Source: a virus
Lineage: Duplodnaviria; Caudoviricetes
Reading direction: 5' to 3' (one strand)
Virus record (IMG/VR): IMGVR_UViG_3300020045_006483
Span: 1-36,824 of that record
Length of the DNA stretch: 36,824 nt
Below, one piece after another: positions 7,052 to 15,756 of this stretch. Position 1 is the stretch's first letter. The number at the start of each line of letters is the position of its first letter. The translations under genes and the position numbers were made by a program. Under the pieces are notes generated by a model. It was given only the letters and a program-made list of their open reading frames with translations. It was not told the DNA's origin and searched no databases.

Positions 7052-7096
7052 AGCCGATGTATAACATCTTTACAGGTGTTACGCATCGGCTTTTTT
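7052..7096 (+). terminator. Intrinsic terminator immediately upstream of terminase
   Basis: AGCCGATG/CATCGGCT and TAACATC/GGTGTTA stems, followed by a T run. Confidence 0.7.
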
Positions 7097-7111
7097 GTTT
7101 TGGACAAACGC

Positions 7112-8752
7112 ATGGCAGGATGGAAACCACATGTCGGGTTTCAAAGTATTGGTTTGGACATGCGCTATGTGGTGCATGAACTGGCATATTTGGGAGATCG
7201 AGGCGGGGGAAAAAGTGTACTTCTTTTGGCAGATTATGCTATCAACATACAAGAACATCCAGCAAAAGATTTTAGTAAAACGGGAAAACTTGAATCTGGC
7301 CCTTGCCGCCCCTGGAACGGTATTTTGTTTCGTAAGCATGTGCGTGAATTTGAAACACTGATAGAGCGAAGCAAAGAAGTTTTGTATGGCATGTTTGGCA
7401 ATTATCGCACAGGTGGTCAAGCGCAGTTTCTTGAAGGTGAGCATAAGTGGGTGTTTTATGATGAGAAGCGCAAGCCTTATGATGACGTTTCGTTGTTGCT
7501 TGTGCCCTTAGAGCATGACTCAGACATAGACCAATACGTAGGTCTTGAGTGGCAATGGGTTGGCTTTGATGATTTGCCCCAATGGGGAAGCATGAAGCCC
7601 TATTTCAAGATCATGGGTTCTATGCGTGCAGGAAAACCGGGAATACCTATACGCACTCGTGTAACAGGAAACCCCGGTGGGCGCGGTATCGGTGAAGTCA
7701 AAAAACATTTTAAAGTGCCTGATGGCCCCAAAGAGGTTGTCCGTAAACAAAGTATGGTTCCGACGATCTTTAAAGATGAAGAATCGGGACAAGAACTTGT
7801 TCGCATGTTTTTGCTTTGTCTGCGTGAAGAAAATATAGACCTCAAAAAAGCAAACCCGCACTACATGGCGTGGTTGGCTCTTTCAACACAGGGAAATGAG
7901 CAACTTAAAAAAGCGTGGATTGACGCTGACTTCTCAGCACTATTCGGGCAATATTTTACCATTTTCAATCCCGATATTCACCGTATTGACGATCCATATA
8001 CCATTTTCCCAAATGGCCGCGTCCCTGCCCACTGGAAATTATATGGGCATCTGGATTATGGCGAATCAGCACCTACGGCATTTGGATTATGGGCCGTTGA
8101 TCCAGAAGAGAATAAATATTTGATTGCAGATTATTATGCGGCTGGCGAATGGTCTGGATTTCACGCAGGGGCAATAAAAGATTTGTGTATGAATTGTGTT
8201 TGGACAGGGGGGCGTATGCCTTCAGTGGTCTTTGCAGATAGTGCAATTTGGCATACAAGAAGTGCAGAAAATGCTATGGCTCGAAATCGCACCGTTGCAA
8301 AGACATTTCAAAATGAAGGCAACCTTCGCCTTCGGCCAAGTATAAAAGGGCCAGGTTCGCGTGTTCGTGGGTGGCGTTATTTGAAACAATGCCTTGCCTA
8401 TCAGTTTGATGAAGAAGGCAAAATGATTAAAAAGCCTTCTCTGTATTATTTGGCAAACTGCGAGAATTGGGAACATGAAATGAAAAACGCCGTGTATTCA
8501 GAAAAAGGCGACAGAGAAGATATTGACGATGGATGCGCAGATCACCACTTGACCGGAACGATCTATTTTTTGGGTGGTTCAGGAAAACCCAAGAAACAAG
8601 ATGAACCTTTACCCATTGAAGCATCATATCCGACAATGAAATATTTTGACCGACAAAGAGAAAACCACAAACGCAACAAACCTATTGAATCTTTCTATGT
8701 TCCGGGTAATGCCGTGCGTATGGAAGATTTTGCTCAAAACGTAGGGGTTTAA
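7112..8752 (+). CDS. terL: Terminase large subunit
   Basis: WKPHVGFQ adenine-binding motif, Walker A GDRGGGKS, Walker B WVGFDD, coupling motif TGNPGG, nuclease LDYG, FADSA and DH. Start moved to ATG 7112. Confidence 0.93.
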   Translation: MAGWKPHVGFQSIGLDMRYVVHELAYLGDRGGGKSVLLLADYAINIQEHPAKDFSKTGKLESGPCRPWNGILFRKHVREFETLIERSKEVLYGMFGNYRTGGQAQFLEGEHKWVFYDEKRKPYDDVSLLLVPLEHDSDIDQYVGLEWQWVGFDDLPQWGSMKPYFKIMGSMRAGKPGIPIRTRVTGNPGGRGIGEVKKHFKVPDGPKEVVRKQSMVPTIFKDEESGQELVRMFLLCLREENIDLKKANPHYMAWLALSTQGNEQLKKAWIDADFSALFGQYFTIFNPDIHRIDDPYTIFPNGRVPAHWKLYGHLDYGESAPTAFGLWAVDPEENKYLIADYYAAGEWSGFHAGAIKDLCMNCVWTGGRMPSVVFADSAIWHTRSAENAMARNRTVAKTFQNEGNLRLRPSIKGPGSRVRGWRYLKQCLAYQFDEEGKMIKKPSLYYLANCENWEHEMKNAVYSEKGDREDIDDGCADHHLTGTIYFLGGSGKPKKQDEPLPIEASYPTMKYFDRQRENHKRNKPIESFYVPGNAVRMEDFAQNVGV

Positions 8753-10822
8753 ATGGCAGCGTCATACCCAAAAGATGAAAAACAACGTCACCAGTTCTGG
8801 ATGGGACAACTGTTAGCTTCACAGAAGTTTGTAGAACCCTATATGGAAGCAGGGGTTCGTCTTGTGAAGATGTATAACAACCTGCCAGCTAACGAGCGTG
8901 AACGCATCTTATCCACCATAGGCAACACGGATAATGACGAAAGAGTCAAAGCCTCTTTGGTGTTTTCGTGGGTGGATCAGTCGGTTGCCGGTATGGTGGG
9001 TGAGGGGGATATAGACATCAGGGTAAAGCCGCGCAATGCTTTAGGTGTTCAGGGTGCGCCTGTGTGTCGGGCGAATGTCAACTACTGGTATGGCGAGACA
9101 GAGCAAATCTGTGAAGATGAAGCTATAGCCCTTGATGCCCACTTGATGCCGTATGCGGTAAAACGGTTGGGTTGGACTTTTGATATTGACGAAAACGGCC
9201 CGTTGAAACTGATAGACGTTGCCGAACTGTTCTTTGACGATCCCGAAGGTGACAACTTATATCTTGCCGAAGGTATTCCCACAGGTGTGCGCAGGGAACA
9301 AAACCACCGTGAACATATCCCATCCCACAAATCTCTTTTGTCTATTCCTGAAATTCCAACAGAAATCAAATCCCTCATCAAATCGCATATCCAACGGCAC
9401 GAAGAATTTCAAAACAACATACAACCAGAACCCCATGCGATGGTGCGGTATGGTGCGCCCTTTGGCCGCCGTTGGCCGCCCGATGATTTTTTGATGGATT
9501 CTGCGGCATTGATGGATCAAAAAGATGCCCGATGGATAGCTTTTCGCATACGACAACCTGTTTACCGCTGGCAAGCCGATGAGACATTTTCCAATACCGA
9601 AGACCTTAGACCAAACTGCGGCGTTGCGGGGAAACAGTTAAAGTCGTATGAAGATCGGCAAAACAATGTTGAAACGGAATTTGATGAGTTTGGCCTTTGT
9701 GAAGGATGGGAAATTTGGGCGCGTGACTTTCCTGTGGACAATGGGGAAAGGATAAACTTGCGCGTTGTTCTCATTGAGACACATGAAAAGCTACTTTTTC
9801 ATGGTGAATGGGAGCCTGAATATACCGATGCCCTTGATGACTACCCTGTGGAAATTGTCAAATTTCAGGACAATATCAAGACGTGGATTAACAAGCCCAC
9901 ATTGGTGCTTGCTGGTGCTGATAACATGCAAACTCTGCAAAATGAGTTTTTGGATTCCATGTTATACACCATGCGAAAAGATAAGAACGTCTTTCTTGTG
10001 GATGCCGAAGTTGACTTGGGCAAAGTGTCAAATATTGCAGATGCCGAAGATGGGACATTTATACGTGTGGAAGGGTTGGCGCAGTTCGCTGGCAAAGTCG
10101 TGTATGAAGTGCCCCGCACGCAGATCAATAACGACAAGACACAGATGTTGTCTATCCTTCGGGGGCTTTTTGACCAATCTGCCGGAACGCCTGAACCTCT
10201 GAGACAGAAAAGCAGCGATACAGCAACAGAGGCGGCGATAAACGAGCGACGCAACACGGCACGCGAAGACAGGCGGTTTCTGCGGTTTCGGCGTATGCAG
10301 GTCAACACAGCACGTAAGTGGTGGCAATTACAAACACAGGTGCAACCGGACAATGCCGAATTTATTGATCCTCGCACAAACAAGGTTATGAAGGTCACGC
10401 CTGAAGTGGCAAAGGGTGAATATCGCTTTGAGATGGATGTCATGCCAAAGCGCACCTCTGAGGCGGTGCAACAAAATAATGAACTGAAGTTTTACAACAT
10501 GATTGCAGGGACATTGCCTATTGCCATGCAGATGAACATTCCCATCAACTTTGGGGCAGTGATAGAGGACTTGCTTTTGGCTTTTGGCAAGAAAGATATT
10601 GCACGTTATCTGCCCAACGGCCCTGATGATTTTATGGCATCTATTCAAGAGCAACTTAATGATCCAGCGCAGAAGCAACAGTTGATAGAGATGTTGCAAC
10701 AGTTTGGTGCTGGCGGCATGGGTATGGGTAATGGGCCAGGGCCAGCCGTGCCGCAGTTGTTCGCTTCACAGCCAACAACGGAGTCGCGAAATCAGGCCGA
10801 AGTTAATAGATTGGAAGGGTAG
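8753..10822 (+). CDS. Portal protein (podovirus type)
   Basis: 689 aa directly after TerL; WEIW, DYP and TATEAAI motifs; Q/G/P-rich C-terminus. Confidence 0.88.
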   Translation: MAASYPKDEKQRHQFWMGQLLASQKFVEPYMEAGVRLVKMYNNLPANERERILSTIGNTDNDERVKASLVFSWVDQSVAGMVGEGDIDIRVKPRNALGVQGAPVCRANVNYWYGETEQICEDEAIALDAHLMPYAVKRLGWTFDIDENGPLKLIDVAELFFDDPEGDNLYLAEGIPTGVRREQNHREHIPSHKSLLSIPEIPTEIKSLIKSHIQRHEEFQNNIQPEPHAMVRYGAPFGRRWPPDDFLMDSAALMDQKDARWIAFRIRQPVYRWQADETFSNTEDLRPNCGVAGKQLKSYEDRQNNVETEFDEFGLCEGWEIWARDFPVDNGERINLRVVLIETHEKLLFHGEWEPEYTDALDDYPVEIVKFQDNIKTWINKPTLVLAGADNMQTLQNEFLDSMLYTMRKDKNVFLVDAEVDLGKVSNIADAEDGTFIRVEGLAQFAGKVVYEVPRTQINNDKTQMLSILRGLFDQSAGTPEPLRQKSSDTATEAAINERRNTAREDRRFLRFRRMQVNTARKWWQLQTQVQPDNAEFIDPRTNKVMKVTPEVAKGEYRFEMDVMPKRTSEAVQQNNELKFYNMIAGTLPIAMQMNIPINFGAVIEDLLLAFGKKDIARYLPNGPDDFMASIQEQLNDPAQKQQLIEMLQQFGAGGMGMGNGPGPAVPQLFASQPTTESRNQAEVNRLEG

Positions 10823-10827
10823 ATATA

Positions 10828-11070
10828 ATGCCAAAATTCGCAACAAAGATGGAAGATGCCCAACCCCTTGAGGTATCGGGTGAAGGGCTGGAAGTGCCAA
10901 AGGAAATAGAGCAATGTTTTTCTTCTGAATTTAAAGGCGTTAAAAAGTCTTTTGCTTCCATGCTCAAAAAGAAGCTGGAAAGTGGTGATGGTAAAGTATC
11001 AGATATGACAATGGCGGTGAGTGAGCTTGCCCGTATGGACAAGATGCAAAAGACCGGCAGCTACTATTAG
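10828..11070 (+). CDS. Hypothetical protein
   Basis: SD GAAGGG; lies in the head module. Confidence 0.6.
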   Translation: MPKFATKMEDAQPLEVSGEGLEVPKEIEQCFSSEFKGVKKSFASMLKKKLESGDGKVSDMTMAVSELARMDKMQKTGSYY

Positions 11071-11086
11071 GGAAAAGAGGCGAAAG

Positions 11087-11554
11087 ATGCCGCGCTATTC
11101 TTATGAATGTGAAGATTGCGGAAAAATTCAAGATGCTGTTGTTGCCTGGGAAATATCGGAACATCCGCGCCCTTGTGAGTGTGGGGGTTTTGCACAAAAG
11201 CTCTTTCCCGTTGAAGCGGCAAAAGGCATAGATGTGCAGGGGGTTTATTACGACCCGTCACTTGGCTTGGACATAAACGGGAAGCGCGAGAAAAAGCAAA
11301 TCCTCAAAGCGATGGGATATGAGGAAACGGGTGACAAGGTTGGTGGGGCGAGAGACTTTGACAAACATGCCCCTGTGCATATTGACAGGGAAAAGGCAAA
11401 GGGCATCACTCTTTCGGACATCCAACGTGCCGCCGAAAGATCGCGCAAGCGCAAAGAGAGCAGAAAATTTTTCAAAGAAATCAACGGGCAAAAAGTGCGG
11501 GTGATGCCCCAACATGACAAATCGAAGATGGTTCATTTAAGGCACATAAGTTAG
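11087..11554 (+). CDS. FmdB-family Zn-ribbon protein
   Basis: MPRYSYECEDCG...CECGG; typical position between portal and scaffold. Confidence 0.85.
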   Translation: MPRYSYECEDCGKIQDAVVAWEISEHPRPCECGGFAQKLFPVEAAKGIDVQGVYYDPSLGLDINGKREKKQILKAMGYEETGDKVGGARDFDKHAPVHIDREKAKGITLSDIQRAAERSRKRKESRKFFKEINGQKVRVMPQHDKSKMVHLRHIS

Positions 11555-11570
11555 TTACCGGGAGAACTTT

Positions 11571-12596
11571 ATGAATATTCCAAACAAAGACCAAGACCCT
11601 ATCGGCGCACATCTTGCCGCCTTGATGACTGAAACGGACGATGGGACACCACAAGACCCATCTGAGGAAGCAGACACATCTGGCGATAATCAAGATGATG
11701 CTGAAGGTGCGGACACTTTGGACGCTTCTGCCGATGAGCAGGCAGAAAATGAAGGCGATGCCGAAGAAAATAAAAATGCCGACCAAAAGGATGCGGCAGG
11801 GAAAAATATCGGCTATGACGCAATGCTCAAAGCAATCGAAGATCAATATGGCGAGGACGGTGTTCGTTCTTTCAAAGCCTTCCAGTCGCGCACATCAAAA
11901 GCCGAAGCGTCTGCAAAAGAGACACGGCGTTTGCATGAAGAAACACAGGCGACATTGAGCGAATTAAAAGAATGGGTAAAAGCATTTCAGGAAGATGCAC
12001 AAGGGAACGGTCAAGAACAAGAAGGGGGCAGCGAATATCAACAGATGCTTGCCCAACTGCCGCCCAATCAGCGTGAAACGTGGGAAAAACTCAGCGCATC
12101 TTGGAAAAAAGAGATGGGCCTTGTTACCCGCGACGATCAAGAGAAAGAACGATCAGAAAAGGAAATTGCCCGTATCACTTCAGAGGCGACAGAAAAATCT
12201 TTAAAAGATTTTGGCGACACCTTTGGAGAGATAAAAGATGGCAAGTTTATACCCAATCCTGACTATGTGGAAAAGGCGCGGCCCGTTCTTTCTCGGCTGA
12301 AAGACCAAGGGGCATTGACCCACAGGGATTTGTTCATTTTGGCAAACTTCGACGAACTCAAAGCAAAGTTCATCGAAGAAGGGCGTAACGCTGCAACAAG
12401 CGAGCGTAACGGACAAAATGGCAAACGCACTGAACAGGCTAAACGGCTAAATGGGGCAAACAAAAAACCTTCGGGGGGTTCTTCGCAAGCCCCTCTGTAT
12501 GACCGCAAAGACCCCAAACAAGTGGGCGACATTATGAGTTTCATACGACGAGCAGAAAAAGAACTCGACCGTATTGGAACACGTATTCCCACATAA
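11571..12596 (+). CDS. Capsid scaffolding protein
   Basis: Acidic disordered N-terminus, coiled coil, basic C-terminus; directly upstream of the major capsid gene. Confidence 0.75.
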   Translation: MNIPNKDQDPIGAHLAALMTETDDGTPQDPSEEADTSGDNQDDAEGADTLDASADEQAENEGDAEENKNADQKDAAGKNIGYDAMLKAIEDQYGEDGVRSFKAFQSRTSKAEASAKETRRLHEETQATLSELKEWVKAFQEDAQGNGQEQEGGSEYQQMLAQLPPNQRETWEKLSASWKKEMGLVTRDDQEKERSEKEIARITSEATEKSLKDFGDTFGEIKDGKFIPNPDYVEKARPVLSRLKDQGALTHRDLFILANFDELKAKFIEEGRNAATSERNGQNGKRTEQAKRLNGANKKPSGGSSQAPLYDRKDPKQVGDIMSFIRRAEKELDRIGTRIPT

Positions 12597-12608
12597 ATTC
12601 TTTGAAGT

Positions 12609-12637
12609 TTTACTCTTGAACAATGTCCTCATATACT
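12609..12637 (+). promoter_or_regulatory. Possible promoter for the major capsid gene
   Basis: TTTACT-17 nt-TATACT in the intergenic gap. Confidence 0.35.
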
Positions 12638-12656
12638 TAAAAATGAGGGACAAACA

Positions 12657-13655
12657 ATGGCAAAATTTACTACCGATACCAGACAAATACGATCTGTGCT
12701 GGCATCGACATTGGAAACGATGATCAATGGCGGTGTTGTTGCCGATGCCATTTATCAGAAAAGATGGCTGTTGAACAAGCTGACAAATGCCGACGCTACC
12801 ACCTTGTTAGATGGTGGTGAACGTTTGCGTGGCAACTTCCAATACATCAAAAACACAACGGCAACATCCTATTCCGGTGATGATGTTCTTGATGTCACCG
12901 TACAGGACAACGAGACAAGTTGGTTTTTAAACTGGAAACAGTATGCCGCGTCTATTGTCATTCTCGGTTCCGAGCTGATGATCAACAAGGGCAACAAAAC
13001 CAAACTGTTTAACTTGTTGGGACAGCGCACCAAAGATGCGTCGCAGTCTGTGCAAAACAAAATCGTTGAAGGCATCTTCAGCGATGGCACAGGCAACGGG
13101 TCAAAAGATGTTACGGGATTGCCAGCGATGGCAGAAACCGTGCCTGGCACAACCGTTTATGCAGGTGTGCCAGTAGCAAATACCGCATGGCGCAATATTG
13201 TCCCATCGGCATCGGCGGGTTCTGCGGCTGTCAACCTGTTGACGTATATGCGGCAGGGTTATAACAGCGCATTGCAAATTGGCGGCGAAGGGCCGGGGAT
13301 GGCGACAGGGTTTTTGTGGTGTACAACCAAATCTGTGCATGAAACGTGGGAAGCCTTGCACGTTCCGGCGCAGCGTTATTCTCCCACCGAAACCCCCGAC
13401 TTTGGCCTCAAATCCGCACCGCCCTTTAAAGGTGATCCGGTCATTTGGGACCCGCAATGTAACAGTGGGATGATGTATGGTCTCGACCTTTCGGAAGTGG
13501 GCCTTGCTGTCCATGCGGATCGCAATTTCTCTGAATCTGAAGAAGGGTTGCAAAAACCTGTCAACCAGGACACGTTTATTTCGCAAATCTTCTGGATGGG
13601 CAACATGTTCACCGTCAACCGTGCGCGAGTTATCAAAATCGCCGGGTTGACCTAA
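12657..13655 (+). CDS. Major capsid protein (HK97 fold)
   Basis: DGGERL, YSGDDVL, WKQYAASI, SDGTGNGSKDVTGL, WRN, FKGDPVIWD and PVNQD motifs. Confidence 0.92.
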   Translation: MAKFTTDTRQIRSVLASTLETMINGGVVADAIYQKRWLLNKLTNADATTLLDGGERLRGNFQYIKNTTATSYSGDDVLDVTVQDNETSWFLNWKQYAASIVILGSELMINKGNKTKLFNLLGQRTKDASQSVQNKIVEGIFSDGTGNGSKDVTGLPAMAETVPGTTVYAGVPVANTAWRNIVPSASAGSAAVNLLTYMRQGYNSALQIGGEGPGMATGFLWCTTKSVHETWEALHVPAQRYSPTETPDFGLKSAPPFKGDPVIWDPQCNSGMMYGLDLSEVGLAVHADRNFSESEEGLQKPVNQDTFISQIFWMGNMFTVNRARVIKIAGLT

Positions 13656-13687
13656 TCGCATACCCTATTTGAAAAGGAGGTTGCGAT

Positions 13688-13969
13688 ATGGCCGTTGGTG
13701 ATTTCACAATTACAGCCAGTTCTTTGCAGATGACTGGTCACGAATGGAAAATATCGGGCACGGCAGAGATCAGCAATACCGCTACTGCCTTTGATATTCT
13801 CCCGGATCGACACCTCATCTCTCTTGACATTCAAGGGGTCGATGATGCAGGGCCAGTGCAACAAACATTAAACGAAGATGCCAGCGGTACTGCCGATGAG
13901 GGCAACTGTGTTTTACAGGCATCTCTTGAACCTGTCAATACTTATGCGTGGACGGCACGGTTTATTTAA
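13688..13969 (+). CDS. Putative head structural protein
   Basis: Strong SD AAGGAGG; beta-rich; follows the major capsid gene. Confidence 0.6.
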   Translation: MAVGDFTITASSLQMTGHEWKISGTAEISNTATAFDILPDRHLISLDIQGVDDAGPVQQTLNEDASGTADEGNCVLQASLEPVNTYAWTARFI

Positions 13970-13993
13970 CCGTTGAACGTCAAGGAGGTTTTC

Positions 13994-14428
13994 ATGCACA
14001 GCGCAACAAGCAATCGTTCTACCGCCGAAATTGTTTATGGCAACTTCACAAACGTTTCCGGTGCTGCAATGACCATTGGTTTCCCTGTATGTTTTACCAC
14101 CACAGCGGCAAGTATGAACGGTAACAATGCCGTTGCCCCTGCCGCTGCCAATGCGTTGACATTTGCTGGTGTGGTGAAAAATTCGAGCGTTGGCGACACG
14201 GAAGCTGGTATTTATATCGCCTACGGGTTGGCATCTGTCCGCATCTTTGCCACTGGCACATCTGGGACGATTGGTGCAGGTGTGGCGATGGGGCCAGCCG
14301 CCGGGTCAAATGGTGTGAATAGCACAGGGTTGAAAGATGTCTTTGGCCCTGTGATTTCGCTGGAAGCCATTGGTGCGGCAGTAAACAGCCCCGGAGGTTA
14401 TGCCAACGGGTTTGTTCGGGCAATGTAG
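13994..14428 (+). CDS. Capsid decoration / cement protein
   Basis: SD AAGGAGG; N-x-S-G-x-x-x-x-x-G-x-P-V and FAGVV patterns; Ala/Gly-rich. Confidence 0.7.
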   Translation: MHSATSNRSTAEIVYGNFTNVSGAAMTIGFPVCFTTTAASMNGNNAVAPAAANALTFAGVVKNSSVGDTEAGIYIAYGLASVRIFATGTSGTIGAGVAMGPAAGSNGVNSTGLKDVFGPVISLEAIGAAVNSPGGYANGFVRAM

Positions 14429-14466
14429 TTTCTGTACAAAAGTAGAAAATTGGAACGTTCCATATA

Positions 14467-14523
14467 TGGTGGTGTCGGCAATGTCTTCCCGGTCATTGCC
14501 GCACCACCAAAAAAACCGGGAGA
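14467..14523 (+). promoter_or_regulatory. 16-bp hairpin whose loop is antisense to the ACCGGGAG ribosome-binding motif
   Basis: TGGTGGTG-t-CGGCAATG [TCTTCCCGGT] CATTGCCG-CACCACCA, then an A run and ACCGGGAGA; no U-tract 3' of the stem on either strand. Confidence 0.6.
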
Positions 14524-14529
14524 AGTGAT

Positions 14530-14919
14530 ATGGATGAAAAAGAAATATTGCTGAAAAGAATTGCCGAACTTGAGCAACAACGGGATAAGGCAATCTTTGA
14601 GGCGCAGGATTGGGGATTTAAACTGCGAGGGGCACTGGAAGAAGTTGAGCGAATCAAGCCATTGTATAAGCGGTTATATAAAAGCCCGTTTTACTGGTTT
14701 ATTCGCCCAATGGATGAAGAATTTGACGGTAGGGTGTTGATGCGATGTTTTGGCCCACCGGGGCCAGTAAAAACGTGTGGCGAGTTGTTTTTCGTAAAAG
14801 ATGATGACACACCGGGAATACATAAAACGCATCTTTACGGAAGGGCAACGCACACAACGGTTTGGGAATACGTCAAGGCGCGATATTTGGGAATGGTGAA
14901 AACAAAACCGGGAGAATGA
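14530..14919 (+). CDS. Hypothetical protein (coiled coil, possible C/H metal site)
   Basis: ACCGGGAGA SD; heads the glycosyltransferase block. Confidence 0.7.
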   Translation: MDEKEILLKRIAELEQQRDKAIFEAQDWGFKLRGALEEVERIKPLYKRLYKSPFYWFIRPMDEEFDGRVLMRCFGPPGPVKTCGELFFVKDDDTPGIHKTHLYGRATHTTVWEYVKARYLGMVKTKPGE

Positions 14920-14922
14920 TCT

Positions 14923-15756
14923 TTGACAACTGAATATGGGAAAAAGAGTCGTATTTGTCTTGGCTGGCCGTGGTACGATGGCCCCGACAAGAACACGTAT
15001 CAACGGTATATGGAAGTGTGCCACTATTTCGGAAAAATGCAGGAACGTTCCGAATGGTTAGCATGGGCAAAGCACAATGAAATTGACCGCAAAGATGTGC
15101 CCATGCTTGACACGATGCAATGCGATGGCACACTTGCCGAAATAACCGCCGATGATGGGCAGTTTGAGTTCGGATATACCGACGAGACGGGATTGTCGCT
15201 TGTTGGAGAGGCGCGGGAACGGTGCATAGACAATGCCCTTCAGGGGGGTTACGATTGGATTTTCTTTTGGGATGACGATATGCTGTTTGCGTGGTCTGCC
15301 TTTTTGCGGCTGTGGAGACACCAAAAACCTGCTGTGGCGGCGTTGGCATTTACGGCAAGAGAACCCATCTTGCCTGTAATATTTAAATGGGAAATATCCC
15401 CTCGAAACGGGGGGGAGAAATGGCACGCAACAAATATTTTGGATTATCCCAAAAACAAGTTGATTTCCAATGAAGATGTTGGCGGCGTTATCGCCTTTGG
15501 CACAGGGGTATGTTTATTCAATTTGAGCATTTTTAGAGAAATACCAAAACCCTGGTTTAATTCTACGGGTATGGGCGAAGATGTTCATTTCTGCCTCAAA
15601 TGTCACCAGCACGGATTTCCGATATATGTTGACACATCTGTGAAAACATTGCACAAGCGGTATCATCCTGCATGGCATGGCGAAAAGGAATATGAAGAGT
15701 CGCGCAAAAACCATCCAGAAATATATGCCAAAATCTTGTCGGGGGAACTGCGATGA
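14923..15756 (+). CDS. Glycosyltransferase family 2
   Basis: ARERCI, YDWIFFWDDDM (DxD), GTGVCL, GEDVHFC and VDTSVKTLH motifs. Confidence 0.9.
   Translation: MTTEYGKKSRICLGWPWYDGPDKNTYQRYMEVCHYFGKMQERSEWLAWAKHNEIDRKDVPMLDTMQCDGTLAEITADDGQFEFGYTDETGLSLVGEARERCIDNALQGGYDWIFFWDDDMLFAWSAFLRLWRHQKPAVAALAFTAREPILPVIFKWEISPRNGGEKWHATNILDYPKNKLISNEDVGGVIAFGTGVCLFNLSIFREIPKPWFNSTGMGEDVHFCLKCHQHGFPIYVDTSVKTLHKRYHPAWHGEKEYEESRKNHPEIYAKILSGELR

Noticed and set aside
7049-7111. N-terminal extension of TerL in the ORF track
   Set aside because: It runs through the terminator hairpin; the family-like sequence begins at MAGWKPH (7112).
13640-13690. Programmed frameshift or readthrough extending the capsid protein
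   Set aside because: No slippery heptamer at the capsid stop, and the next gene has its own strong SD.
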